NCBI GenBank assembly: GCA_032718475.1
Contig: JAUCBJ010000987.1
Coordinates: 1 to 62,206, forward strand
DNA from: Nemertoderma westbladi
Taxonomy: Eukaryota; Animalia; Xenacoelomorpha
Direction of reading: 5' to 3'
Length of the DNA: 62,206 nucleotides
Within the stretch, counting starts at the first letter, position 1; each line of letters starts with the position of its first letter. This document shows positions 11,671 through 23,585 of the stretch, one piece after another. Made by a program: the position numbers and the translations under genes. A model generated the notes under the pieces. That model made no database searches, was not told the origin of the DNA, and saw nothing but the letters and a program-made list of their open reading frames with translations.

Positions 11671-13865
11671 CTATTGCGCACTCTGAGTACCACCAATGGC
11701 AAGAAAATGGCCAAATTGACCCATTAGAATAAATTTTTGGACAGAATGAATCGGCGCAATCGATTTCTAGCGTATAAAATAGTCGGAAACCACTTTCACA
11801 TTAAATAGTTGAAAATTGAAAATAGTAAGCCCCTATTATCTTTGCCAATAATTGTTTCCCCTCCATCTTGTAATTTCCAAATCAAACTTGTGCTAAATAT
11901 ATCAGTGCTATTTTAATTTGTGTTTATTAGTTGTTAATTAACAATTTATTCGGATATTAAATTTATCGTCCGTTGGTTACATTATATAATTATGTTTTTT
12001 CTTTATTATAGTATCAACAAACACCGTCAAGAAAGTAAAATCAATTTCAATCATAACTGTCATGGATCTAAGCGATGTAAAAAGCGACGCGTAAGTGCTT
12101 GTGTGGTCAGTGGTGTAGTTATTTGAATTTGGCGTCTGTTATTTATACAGTACGTGTCTAGCACGTCATTTGACGTGCTTGTGTGGTGTTCCAGTGTAGT
12201 ATTTGACGTCTGATGACGTAATTGACACGTGTCTAACAAGTCATTTGACGTAAACTGTAGCACGTGATGGTTTGATGTGCTCAAACACGTGTTTGACACT
12301 TCCAAAATACACGTGGCCAAGACGTCATTTTCAACACGTTGACGTCAAATAATTACGTCGTATCCACGTGTTTTTGACGTGTTGAAGCTTATAGGGCGGT
12401 ACCAATTGCGGGAAAGGAACATGTTACAGAGCCAGGATTTTCTAACCAAAACAATAAACAATCTGAGGCAGAGAGGATCTTTGTTAACAAGAGCTGGTTA
12501 CTAAAGCGGGCTTTTCTAACTGCTAACAAAAACAAATAATACTGTAATGTAATACACGTACACGATATCGTTACACTGACCTATTGAAGGACAGAAGGAA
12601 AGGAGCTATTACAGAATGCTATTGAAAATTTATGCTACAACTAAAACTAACTGACTAAGACTGTCTGATATTGTGATATAGGCCTAAGACTGTACCACAA
12701 CCACACTCTCAAACTTATCTGTAAAAATTGATATGCTGCAACATCAAGACAGGATGTCTATCATCTATGTATAGCTACACAACAGCTACCAATAGAAAAG
12801 TAATAACAAAATGTTGATGTGAAGAAATGAGTGGCCTCATACAGTATATACGCACTTCTATTGGTAGCTAGAACACCGCTATTAACTTCTATATTTAGCG
12901 CCTGACTGCAAAATTGCACTGCTAAAATGACGTTAAAAACCCGCTATATATTAGGTCAATTTATTCATACGCTAAAGTGACGCTATTTAGTGGATATTCT
13001 CTCCCGCGATAAGCCAGATACCATTATCCAGCTATTAGCTGGATATTAATACGCCAAAAACTACGCTAGCGGGGTTTAGCTGGATATTATCCGGATATTA
13101 GCCGGATGTGTCTTTGCTGGGTCGTTGTCTTGCCGATCAATACGTGTAATTTAAGGATATTATCTCTTATTGTATTGCCATACCACCATACCTAAAGGTG
13201 GCAGCGATTACTAGCACCACTGTGCAACACGCTGTCTCCATCCGTCTAAATTAATAAAATTATTAATTTATAACAATTTAAGTATTCCCATTGTGTATGT
13301 ATGTATTGATATTATTGGAAATATTATTGGAAAATAAACTGAAATTGAATTGAAAAATTGAATTGAAATTGTATTGTTCGTGTAATTGTCATCGGTGTTT
13401 TTTTAATGTTTTTTAATAATTAAAATGGTACTGTATGTTTGCGTAGTTCTCTAGCAATATAACAGTTGATGATAGCTAATCGAATTAGGAAGCCTAGCAA
13501 ACTGTAAAAAATTATAAAATGACTAGTACGAACATTCATAAGATATTAGGGGGTCCACCTGGAAAAAAACAGTAACTATTTTATCTGGTAAAAAAAAATA
13601 GCTAGTATAATCTCAAAAATAAAAACCTCAAATATTTAAAAGTCAATAGATAAAATGTGGTTAACGGGCCGGTAGGCTGTTAGGCCTACCGGTCAGCCGT
13701 AGGCCTACATCAAATTTCAATGTCTTTTTTAAAATTCAACTTTTAAGTTTAGTTTAGCTTTCGTGCTATGCTCCTGATTCTTCAAAATCCTCTGCAACCT
13801 TCGAGAACTTCTTAGCGCGGTTAACAAACTTAATTAACTCTTATGAGACTGCAATTCCTATCATT

Positions 13866-14393
13866 TTGTCCGACACCAACTGCGACTTTGGACCTCTACA
13901 AGGACCACGTAAATGTAGGTATCATCCTACCTCACGAGGCGACAGGCTTCACGGTTTTCTTAATGAAAATAATCTCATCGCAGTAGACACCTTCCCCAAA
14001 TTTACAGGCCCATGTGTCACATTCCGTGGACATGGAAACTCATACATTGATCACATCATATCCAATAATCTAGGTTATCAATGTTTAGTCAACGGCACCA
14101 TTGGCTCTGATGATGCACTATGCCAATCTGACCATGTCCCACTCTTGGCTAACTTTAAATTTGAGAAGTTCAAGATGAAATCTGAAGTTAAAGACACCAG
14201 AAAGATATCAGGAATGTATAGAAAACTACCACCACCAATCAAGGTTGCATGGGGCAAGGTAACTGATGAGCACCTACTTTTATATCAACAAAAGGTCCAA
14301 AGCGAGGTGAAGGGGATGTATGACTCAGTGGGTGTTGCCAATCAACTGGGATCTCAACAACTTAACAGAATTTGTCTCCGGAGTCCAAAATAG
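13866..14393 (+). pseudogene. LINE ORF2 APE endonuclease C-terminal part
   Basis: SYIDHII and SDHVP motifs. Frameshifted relative to the RT ORF. Confidence 0.85.
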
Positions 14394-16467
14394 TATTTAT
14401 GGTGCAGCGAAGATTTTTCTACCATTAATTAGGAAATTGCGCAAAACCAAGAATATTCGAATACGGTCAGCTTTACTCAAAGACAGATCAACCACATGCC
14501 GGAAACTATTTGAGCTATGGTGCACAGATGACAAGAATGAAACTAGTCTATATGGCGTAGCTTACAAGGAATCTCGTCGTTCTGTCCGCAGACTAAAGAA
14601 CTGGCTGCTGAAGTCACTGACATCAGATAATATCAAGAGGAAGGCGAATACCTTTAGGAATAACCCTAAGGCCTTCTGGGGCGCTTTCAATGATAAAAAA
14701 GCCAATAAACCACCGGATTCAGTTCAAACCGACATACTAAACAATTTAACAGCTTCGAATATAAAGTACGCAGGGTATGACAACAATATGGACAAGCTGG
14801 TGTCTGATCTACAGAACAGATGTACAGAATCTACACTCCCTGTAATATCACCGACAACCATAAAGCGTGCCACAATTGCTCTTGCCAAAGGAAAATCTGG
14901 AGACATCAACTCCCTTGTAGTGGAACACATAATGTGTCTCGATGAGGACTTTATTTGCAATGTACTGGCCGACATTATCAACACATGCTTCAGACTAGGC
15001 GAAGTTCCTGAGACCTTAGGGTATACAATTATTTCAAGCTTATATAAAGGAAAAGGGAGGAATGCCTTATCACACAGGTCCTATCGTCCAATTGCCAGTA
15101 TAAACGTAGTTAGCAAAGTGATGGAGAGCGTCATCATGTTTGAGTTTCTATCTCTCCCCGACTTTATACCACTGCCGCAGCTCGCATATCAAAAGAAAAT
15201 TGGGTCAGATATCATAATTAGTACAATTCTGGAATTTCTTGAATGGCAGCGTCTCCAGAGGAATACAACATACGTCTGTCAGCTTGATATCAGTAGTGCC
15301 TTCGACAATGTCGACTATGCCATACTCTTTGGAAAATTATCCAAGCACCTTAACCCATACATCTGTCTATCACTGTTAGCTTATTACCGCTCATCAATCG
15401 CTTTCCTTAAGTTTGGTGACAGTATCAACAATATAGGTGTCAGACTTGTCAAAGGCGTGAAGCAAGGCTCTATACTATCCCCTATACTCTTCATCATGTA
15501 CACAGGTGATGTCTTCGAAAAGACAGACTCCCAAGGATACGGTTTTAACATATCATTATTTTGGCTTGGGATCATCTCCTACGCCGACGATATATTAATT
15601 GTAGGAAGAACTCCGAAAGAAATTGAAACCATAATTGACACTGTATCTAATGAACTCAGCAGCATTAACCTACAGTTTGAAGAGAGTAAAACAAAGTGGT
15701 CTGTTCATCTTGGTCTTGGCAACTCGACTCATTGTGTTCCAACTTTCTTAAATATAAATGGCGTCTTAGTACCAGCGAGCTCCTCTATTACATTCTTAGG
15801 ATTCCCTATTGTTGCAATCGCAAACAATGCTAGTCGGCTACAAAGTTGTATACAAACAATCGCACGCATATCTGACGTTTTCCACAGGAACGGCTGGACA
15901 TGTCGCAAATTGGACTGTGATACTGTTGGCTACCTCTGGCGCACTGTCGCAGTTCCTACAATTTTATATACTGTTAAATTCCAAGTGGGCGCGCTATCAA
16001 CTCCAGCTCTAGAACAACTGGACTCGTATTACCGCAAGGCTCTTCGGGGAGTCCTCCACTTAGGACCATACGTCAGTAACCAAATTATATATTGCCTCAT
16101 TGGCTGTAGACCATTAACAATGGAGGCATACCACGAGTGCCTATGTATATTGCTGCGCTGTAAGAATTGTCCTAATCTTATCCTGCAAACGCTCACACGA
16201 GTGTTAGCCAAAGTGCCAAGAAGCAATCATTCATATGTTGGTGTCTTCTCCACTTACGATTCATCAAGAAGAGCATTCCCAATGCCTCTAATCACATCCC
16301 TTTTTACATATGAGTACAGCAAATCTTCCTTGAGCCAACGACTTCAACCGGGAACGATATCTACTATCGAGAACTACAAGGCTGAATTTATCCGCTGGTG
16401 CTACAATATATCCTCTTCCTTCAAGATGAAGCATGATCGTATTCTGAGATTTTTCAATGTACCCTAG
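14320..16467 (+). CDS. LINE ORF2 reverse transcriptase
   Basis: YRPI, LDISSAFD, GVKQGSILSP and YADD motifs. Confidence 0.92.
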   Translation: MTQWVLPINWDLNNLTEFVSGVQNSIYGAAKIFLPLIRKLRKTKNIRIRSALLKDRSTTCRKLFELWCTDDKNETSLYGVAYKESRRSVRRLKNWLLKSLTSDNIKRKANTFRNNPKAFWGAFNDKKANKPPDSVQTDILNNLTASNIKYAGYDNNMDKLVSDLQNRCTESTLPVISPTTIKRATIALAKGKSGDINSLVVEHIMCLDEDFICNVLADIINTCFRLGEVPETLGYTIISSLYKGKGRNALSHRSYRPIASINVVSKVMESVIMFEFLSLPDFIPLPQLAYQKKIGSDIIISTILEFLEWQRLQRNTTYVCQLDISSAFDNVDYAILFGKLSKHLNPYICLSLLAYYRSSIAFLKFGDSINNIGVRLVKGVKQGSILSPILFIMYTGDVFEKTDSQGYGFNISLFWLGIISYADDILIVGRTPKEIETIIDTVSNELSSINLQFEESKTKWSVHLGLGNSTHCVPTFLNINGVLVPASSSITFLGFPIVAIANNASRLQSCIQTIARISDVFHRNGWTCRKLDCDTVGYLWRTVAVPTILYTVKFQVGALSTPALEQLDSYYRKALRGVLHLGPYVSNQIIYCLIGCRPLTMEAYHECLCILLRCKNCPNLILQTLTRVLAKVPRSNHSYVGVFSTYDSSRRAFPMPLITSLFTYEYSKSSLSQRLQPGTISTIENYKAEFIRWCYNISSSFKMKHDRILRFFNVP

Positions 16468-18169
16468 GGGTGGTGCTGTACTGCAGCTGGAATCTGATTG
16501 CTGGTTTTTCGAACCTTCGTGAACCTATTGTCCTTACAGTTACACAAAATCCAGTACTCATTAGGAAAGAGGCGCCTAGAGGGGGGGGGGGGGGGGGGGG
16601 GGGGTGGTGGTGGTGTCAGACCGGCGCCGTGTCTTACCAGCCAAGCTGTTTTATTTTATTTTTTTTTTTTTTCCCTCACTATTCTGGTGCAATATATATT
16701 TGGTATCGGTACTTGTTTAGTTCAGAGTCTTCTTTTTACATATGCATTATGCAAAGCATAATACTATTTTATTTAATATTCCGTAACACTATAACTTATA
16801 TCTGAATATGTGTCGCCCCACTATATGTACTTACTTATTCGTCCCTGCTATGCAATTTATTCTGTGTGTAAATTGAACTCTATGACAACTATTGTGTAAT
16901 TTGTACACATTTTTATTATGATGTCGCCGTGTGCGAATGAAATAAACGAATAATAATAATAATAATAATAGTTTAATTCAAATTGTCATTCATATGCTGT
17001 AATTTAGGCCTACAGTACCTGTCGGCTGCAGATAGTAACCCTCTGTTAAGGTTATCATCAGCCTACACCCCACGCGTACGTCGACCTTGTCATTGTGCCA
17101 CCTAATCCCCCTGCCCCCCCCCCCCCCCCCCCACACACATTACATTGTACACCAACCTAAACAATGTTTCGTAAAAAAAATATTTATTGATTTATATCCC
17201 GTTCTCTATTTAGCATTTATTGTTATAATTGTTGTTGATTTATTAACAATGTTTCAAACAAATTTTTATAATTGGAATTAAATTTCATATTTAATTTGGT
17301 TCAATAAATATGGTTTAGATTCTATTTTTATCTTATTGTGAAAATGTTCCAGCGGTATAAGGAGCTCTTTTGTGGTAAAGCATACTGTAGCTACCATGAC
17401 TCATAAATTATTCTAGGCAAATATATAATTGAGTATTCAATTATATCTTAAATTTTTTTTACTAGCTAATATAAAGTACTAGTTACAGTAACACAAAATC
17501 AAAAGTGTACTAGCTACCATCTTACTGTCAGAAGGTCAAATATTTGTTCTATTTCAAAAAACCTCATAATAAAAGCCATTTTTACAAGAAAAAAGTTGGT
17601 CAAATTTTTGTTCAAATTTTTCAATTATAATTTTTTTCACAAGCTAATAAAAAGTACTAGCTAACACAAAATTAAAATTACTAACTACCTTCTTACTGAC
17701 AGAAGGTTAAATATTTGTTCTAGAACAAAAAACCTCATGATAAAATCCAGTTTCATATGAGAAAAATTGGTCAAAAAGTGAGTACCCATAACATAGTAAT
17801 ACCAACTTAGCTAGTATAAAAAAAATAAAAAATGTGTTCTAGAACAAAGATATTTGTCAAAATTGATAGCTAACACGCACGGGTTCTATGCCATTTTTTT
17901 TTATAAAAATTAGCAAAAACTAGCTAGTATAAAGAATCAATGTCATGGAAATTACTTTGAAATTTAATGCAACATTAGGCCTACGATTTTTGTAGACAAA
18001 AAAGTGTTCTCTTTTTTGTCAAACTTGTTAACGACTTTGACAAAAAAGTGACTTACAACAAATAAATAAACTAATTAGTTACATCGGTATACAAAACCTC
18101 TATAATCAATATTAATTTAAATGTATTCAGAAATTTATTTAAAAATATTTTTTTTAAAATTACTAGCTA

Positions 18170-18871
18170 CAGTACAGGCCACCAGAAAAAGCAGATTTCA
18201 TCCAATGTGATCACATGTGAACACATTTGTTCAACTCATCTGATTGGCAGGTTATGGCGAGTTATCTTCCAGATCACACAGCAGCTTGCTGGGACCGACA
18301 AAGGCTTTGTGTGCGGTGCGCGGCCTGTATGTCTGATATCAGGTAGATGAGAGAGCCCCCAGGGTGTAACATTGCGGACATGGACTGTATTGATAGAGAT
18401 AGAACTACATACAAGACCACATGGAGGTTCATTGAGTGTATGGGTGGATGGGTATGTGGATGGAGGAGCCTAGACCATTGAATAATTAATTTAGTGCAGG
18501 GAGATGTCACGCCATTAGTCTGACACCGAGAGGGCACAGAGAAACACCAGAAGATGCCTTAACATCACTAACTATAGGTCTGCCTATAGACACTATTAAC
18601 CGCACACTATAAAGGTAAACAATATCCTTACATCGCATTTCCAGCTGCAGTGAGTGACAGTTAGCGGCAAACTACAGAGAGTTTCCAGATTACTAAGCGT
18701 TTCAAAACTATTCAATTGTATCCTTTGGCGAAAAAATTTTGGTTGTTGCCATTTCAATTATGTTAAATTATATTCAATTGTCCCGTTCAACAACATTATA
18801 TTACACTGGTACACATTTGATAAAATGTGTTCACAATTGTACAAATCTGCGTTTTCTGGTGGCCTGTACTG
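18170..18871. mobile_element. Tc1/mariner-type MITE, inverted copy of 7827-8532
   Basis: Same TIRs, TA flanks, and full-length homology in the opposite orientation. Confidence 0.9.
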
Positions 18872-19059
18872 TATTTTAAAATTAAAACAACTAGATATAT
18901 GTTCTAGAACATTTTATTTCTTATTTTATTTATGTTCTAGAATAGTATAATATAATAAGTTTCTATTGTTGTAGAACTCTTCAACGTTGCCACTAATACC
19001 CAATGATATACTCTATGTTTTAAAAATGTAGTCTATACGGAACTCTAGCCCAATTAAGT

Positions 19060-19236
19060 GCTTAGGACGAAGGCGTAACTACTCAAGGCGTCTTCTATAA
19101 CATCTCCAAATCATTTGATCGAGAGTGGCATCAAGGTATTTTATCTAAACTATCTAACTTGGGAATATCTGTCTCAACCTGGAATGCTTTGGAAGATATC
19201 TTAACAAATCGATTCCAGGGGGTATCCATCAACGGT
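19060..19236 (+). pseudogene. CR1-like LINE RT fragment
   Basis: Translates as GVFYNISKSFDREWHQGILSKLSNLGI...LTNRFQGVSING. Confidence 0.7.
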
Positions 19237-20201
19237 TTCCGGAACCGTTGTTTGAACCGTTGTTTCCGGATTTGTTTCTAGAACAAAAAATATTTGTTCT
19301 GGAACATATTTTTTTTTAATGAATAGCTAACATGTTCTGGAACATTTTCTATACGAATAGTAATAATAACTAGCTACTACAAAATATTTATAGAAGAAAG
19401 TAGGATGTCGGAACCAGTGTCAAAATTACTAGCTAAACCTACCTAAAACACTTAGCTACCATATAATTTAGTATCTTGCTTAACGAGGAGAATTCAATTC
19501 AGTCAAATTAAAGAATTATATCAAAATATCAAATTGTTGTAAAAAAAAAACTGGTCTCTTTTTGAATGGCCTCGAAATACATCTTATTAGGCCGTGAATA
19601 TATAGTAGGCCATGTGAGCGTTATATAAAATGCTGCCTGTATGTCTTAAAAACGGCACGACAGATTTTGAAAAAAATTTAGCAGCGGTTTTCTGTCATCC
19701 ATATCTATCGTTTTATAAAATAAAAAGATTGCCTCCAGGGGTCGTATGATACATTTGTCCTTCCGTGTATATTTAGTATTCCATGTGTCAACCAACCAAC
19801 AGCTGGATAAGGATTTTGAAGCTACTACAGTACTTTGAAGCCTGTCAGTCAGGTCAGTTAGGTCGCCTATTCGCATTGGGGACCCGAGTGTTAGGGTATT
19901 AACTGATGCTAGTCTAGTGACTTGCCTCAGGTTCACCAATGGCTTGCTTGGTCTGCGTGGAACATGAGAGTAGTCTCCAATTCCAGAATCCCACAACCCC
20001 GCATTCTGGCCTCCCTATATGGTGATTCAGGGTTTCTTTCGGCCAGAAAGCAACATAATACTCGTTATCTTATTGATAGGGTTAAATTATCTATTTGTCG
20101 TAGTTTTGTATTTGTAACAAATAAGTACCTGTTTTCATCCAAGTATTAAATAATCTACTAAATTAAAATAATTGTGACTAATAATGTAGGATCACAATGC
20201 A

Positions 20202-20750
20202 ATGGCCGCGCCGAATAGTATCAAGAAAGCACAGGAGATTTGTAGCAAGCTAGGTCGTTACATGCATATGTTTCAAGGCGAATATGCCAACCTTATTGCC
20301 AATATGAATAAACTCAAGGAATGTTGCCGAGATTATAAAAGAAAATTCAATGACCAGAGCCAAGAGGTCGTCGAGCTAAAGGCGGAGATCAGGCAGTATA
20401 AAAGACATTCAGAACCCTTCGAGTTACATGAAAAAATTATAGAGTTAGAGGAAGAAAACGAAAAACTCGCCGCAGAAAAGGACGAGAGCATTTCCCATCT
20501 GGAAGAGATTCATAAACTTGACGATATCGTAAAAATGATGGAGATACATACACTACAGTTTGAACTTACTGCTACGGATGCTGAGACGAATCAATGCATA
20601 GAAGAAGCGAATCGAGAAGTACATGAATTAAAACAGAAAAATAAAACTATGCACTTAATCTGCAATCAATTACTGGATCAGTTATCGATATATGAGGTAG
20701 ATAGGAAAGCAATCGACAGACTCAGAGAGCAACTTAATGGAGTAAATTAA
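20202..20750 (+). CDS. Intronless coiled-coil hypothetical protein (182 aa)
   Basis: Clean ATG-to-stop ORF with E/K/L heptad character in AT-rich flanks. No family recognised. Confidence 0.45.
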   Translation: MAAPNSIKKAQEICSKLGRYMHMFQGEYANLIANMNKLKECCRDYKRKFNDQSQEVVELKAEIRQYKRHSEPFELHEKIIELEEENEKLAAEKDESISHLEEIHKLDDIVKMMEIHTLQFELTATDAETNQCIEEANREVHELKQKNKTMHLICNQLLDQLSIYEVDRKAIDRLREQLNGVN

Positions 20751-22083
20751 AGGTTCTAACAACCGCTAAACAATCAGAAAAATAGAACTAAAGATGTTCC
20801 AAAGACGCTACTAAATGCTCACAGCCACACTGACACATACGGGTTAATATACTGTACAGTACATATAAAAATCAGTGCATGCAAAAATTGTCCCCGTGCG
20901 CGTGCATTCCGGACCTAATTTTGAATGAGTGTATTTTCTTCAAACATTTTCCATTTCATTTCAGCCTTCTCCCCACCACCGGCGGTTTATGCATGAAATC
21001 ATGTCAAAAGTAAATTGAAGAAAAAAATAAATTGTAGACAACAATGTTTTCTAGTAAATACAGTACAGTAAAATACCTTAAATTACTTTGCTGAAGCTGA
21101 AATTGTTCCGAAAATCGAGCGCCACACATTTAAACCTCCGCGCTCCGTTTCGAATTCGGAATACAACGATTTATGTTATAAGAGTTACTGTCATTTTCCC
21201 AATACAGTCGGTCGGTCACTCGTCACATTCGAAACCTCTAAAGGAACATCTTGCCAATTTTTTTCTACATAAGCCTACATCATCTCCGTTAATACAACAA
21301 CCATTTTTATTTTTTTAATTTATGACCTATTTAGATACAACTAGACGTTAAATATCGTATATTTGGAAATATTGAGCCACGTCAGTCGACTTTATTTGTC
21401 ATCTTTGGAATGTAATACATCATTAGATATCATTAGAACCGCCTTCATCTGCAGCTATCTGGATAGTTATAAAACCCGAAAATAACGAAAAAGATGAAAT
21501 TATTAACCTAACTAATTCTAGATACCCTTTCTTAATTAAACTGGGTACCTTTTCTCTTACTTACAGTACCTCTTACTAACTCAAACCTGTCTGGTTTACT
21601 CAAACCCAAACTCGTCTCACACCCCATTTTAGCAACATTTATACAATAACCTGGGAGTTTAATGTTAATCCCTACTTAATAATGTAGCTACTATATGGCG
21701 AGATGTTACCCAATGAGTCAGTTGCCCAAATACAAATACTACAGTGTCAATCACTAGCGGCCATGGTTCTGTGGTCAGTACAGTACGTGTACTACTGTAC
21801 TTCTGTTTTTAGTTGTACCGTTATCGGTATTACAGTATAGGATAGGTAACGCTTCATTATAGGCCACTTGATAGTATCCAGGGCTTACAAGAAACGCCCG
21901 GTGCGGATGGGTCCGGTTGCCTGTAATTTCAAACACACGGTAAAACACACAGTTATTTTTCAATAATATTTTATTATAGGTAGGGATCTAGGGGTCTTGA
22001 CTTCGAATGATAAGTTTATTTTACCGAAAATAACTTATATTTTATTGGCGCAATTGTAGGACTAATCCCATCACATGCGTACT

Positions 22084-22130
22084 GGTTGTAGTCTCGGCTT
22101 CAACCTCGAGGTCCCAGGTTCGAATCCGAC
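22084..22130 (+). promoter_or_regulatory. tRNA-derived SINE-like head with Pol III box B
   Basis: GGTTCGAATCC at 22117-22127, preceded by an anticodon-arm-like hairpin. Confidence 0.6.
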
Positions 22131-22173
22131 ACCACGCTGATGAGACCCAGTAAGGTCGAAACACGTACGTGGT
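22131..22173 (+). ncRNA. Minimal type I hammerhead ribozyme
   Basis: ACCACG-CTGATGA-GACC-CAGTAA-GGTC-GAAAC-AC-GTA-CGTGGT. Intact core, 6-bp stem I, 4-bp stem II, vestigial stem III. Confidence 0.8.
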
Positions 22174-22424
22174 TTGGAGAGATATGAGATATTAATTTCA
22201 AGAAAAATTACGCGATTCCTAAATTTGTACACTACCCGGTTAAAAAGTACGCATGTGATGGGATTAGTCCTACAATTGCGCCAATAAAATAAGTTATTTT
22301 CGGTAAAATAAACTTATCATTCGAGGTTAAGACCCCTAGATCCCTTCCTATAATAAATGTATAATAACAAACACCCCGAAAAATACAGCTTGCCAACACA
22401 TTGTTACTATTAATAATCAATATT

Positions 22425-22614
22425 TTATTAAGTAATTAAACAGGATGAAATGATGAAAAATGGAAATGAAAAGAGGAAAAAATGAATTCGGTTAGCATAC
22501 CTGAACGTTTATCGGGAGACGCGGATTCGATCCCCGCTGGTGGCGTATTCATTTTTTCCGCTCCATTTGCTATAGAGTTAGATCATCCTTAGTCCTGTTT
22601 AATTACTTAATAAT
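22425..22614 (+). mobile_element. tRNA-derived SINE fragment within short inverted repeats
   Basis: CGGTTAGCATACCTGA...GCGGATTCGATCCCCGC is box-B-like. Flanked by TTATTAAGTAATTAAACAGGA / TCCTGTTTAATTACTTAATAA. Confidence 0.5.
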
Positions 22615-23261
22615 TTATACAATCTATGGATGTTAAACACATATGCAATAATCAATAATACTTGGAAGATTGTGCTTAATTGTCTGTCTGTAATAATTCA
22701 CCAACTTTTGGCACAACACCTAATACCATTCGTGTTCCACTAAATGAATGTTTCGGATGTGACATTTAGCATGACTATTTTTTGCACAGATAAAGCTAAA
22801 ATCAAAGAAAATCATAAATAAAATCATAAAAAAATAAAATCATAAAAATAGATCAATCCTAATTTTTTTCACTTTAAATCGTGAGCTACATGTACCACGT
22901 AATATTGAAGAGATAATTTTTGAGCATATTGTTCGTAAATAATAGTACTAATGTATTTTATTTTTTATAAATGTTGTAGATGGGAAACATTTTACTATTA
23001 TTTTGACTTCAAAATGTCATGACAGATTTTTGCAGAAGCCTTTTCGTGCCTCATACAGTAGGTTGGAATATTGTTGTTGAATAAAATGAGCCCTTACTCT
23101 TATATCTATGATGGTTAGTATGAGAAATAAACGGCGATGAAACATGCAAATGTCCCGTCCGCAACGGGGTACATATATATATAATGCTACAGGCGTCAAC
23201 CTGCCAATCACCACATCCTCTGAGGATGAGTCACGGCGGTTCTACCACGCACAACTACCCG

Positions 23262-23585
23262 TTAGTAGTGGTTAGTAGTAGACCTAGTGGTGGGGTGAGG
23301 GGGGGGGGGGGGGGGGGTGTTTAATGGTTAGTAGTAGAAGTATACGTAGATGTAGTGATAGATGGGGGGGGGGGGGGGTCGAGGGGTTTGTTGTTTGACG
23401 CGGTTAGTACTGTAGTAGTAGACGTAGTGCGATAGAGGATGGGGAGGGGGTAATTTAATGGTTAGTAGTAGACATAGTGATAGAGGGTGAGGGGTGGGGG
23501 TTATTAACAGTTAGTAGTATAGGGGGAGGGGGGGGGGGGGGTTGTTTAACATTTAGTAGTAGAATAGCGATAGGGAGTGGGGGTG
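23262..23585. repeat. Degenerate G-tract tandem repeat
   Basis: GTTAGTAGTAG anchors alternate with G runs; G-quadruplex-prone. Confidence 0.75.

Larger units (their letters stand above)
11155..12400. mobile_element. Second CMC/EnSpm-like non-autonomous element
   Basis: TIR CCCGCCCTATAAGC / GCTTATAGGGCGGT, 2-bp TSD AC, and GACGT-rich subterminal repeats. Confidence 0.65.
8820..13121. mobile_element. Non-autonomous CMC/EnSpm-like DNA transposon containing nested inserts
   Basis: TIRs CCCAGCAAATACATATCCAGCTAATA / TATTAGCCGGATGTGTCTTTGCTGGG, 2-bp TSD TC, and subterminal TAGCG/CGCTA repeats at both ends. Confidence 0.75.
13762..16970 (+). mobile_element. 5'-truncated non-LTR retrotransposon (RTE-X-like LINE)
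   Basis: APE C-terminal motifs followed by RT, then a 3' UTR with poly-G, AATAAA and a (TAA)n tail at ~16938-16970. The clade call is tentative. Confidence 0.85.
21970..22357. repeat. ~112-bp inverted repeat pair enclosing a tRNA-like/hammerhead unit
   Basis: 21970-22083 is the near-exact reverse complement of 22246-22357. Confidence 0.9.

Noticed and set aside
17020-17065. Minus-strand CTGATGA followed by a stem (hammerhead-like); also CTGAGGA at ~23220 and CTGATGA in the C LTR
   Set aside because: There is no GAAA core or stem I/III partner.
22070-22134. Functional tRNA gene (TCA anticodon-like loop)
   Set aside because: The acceptor and T stems do not pair, so it is treated as a SINE-like head.
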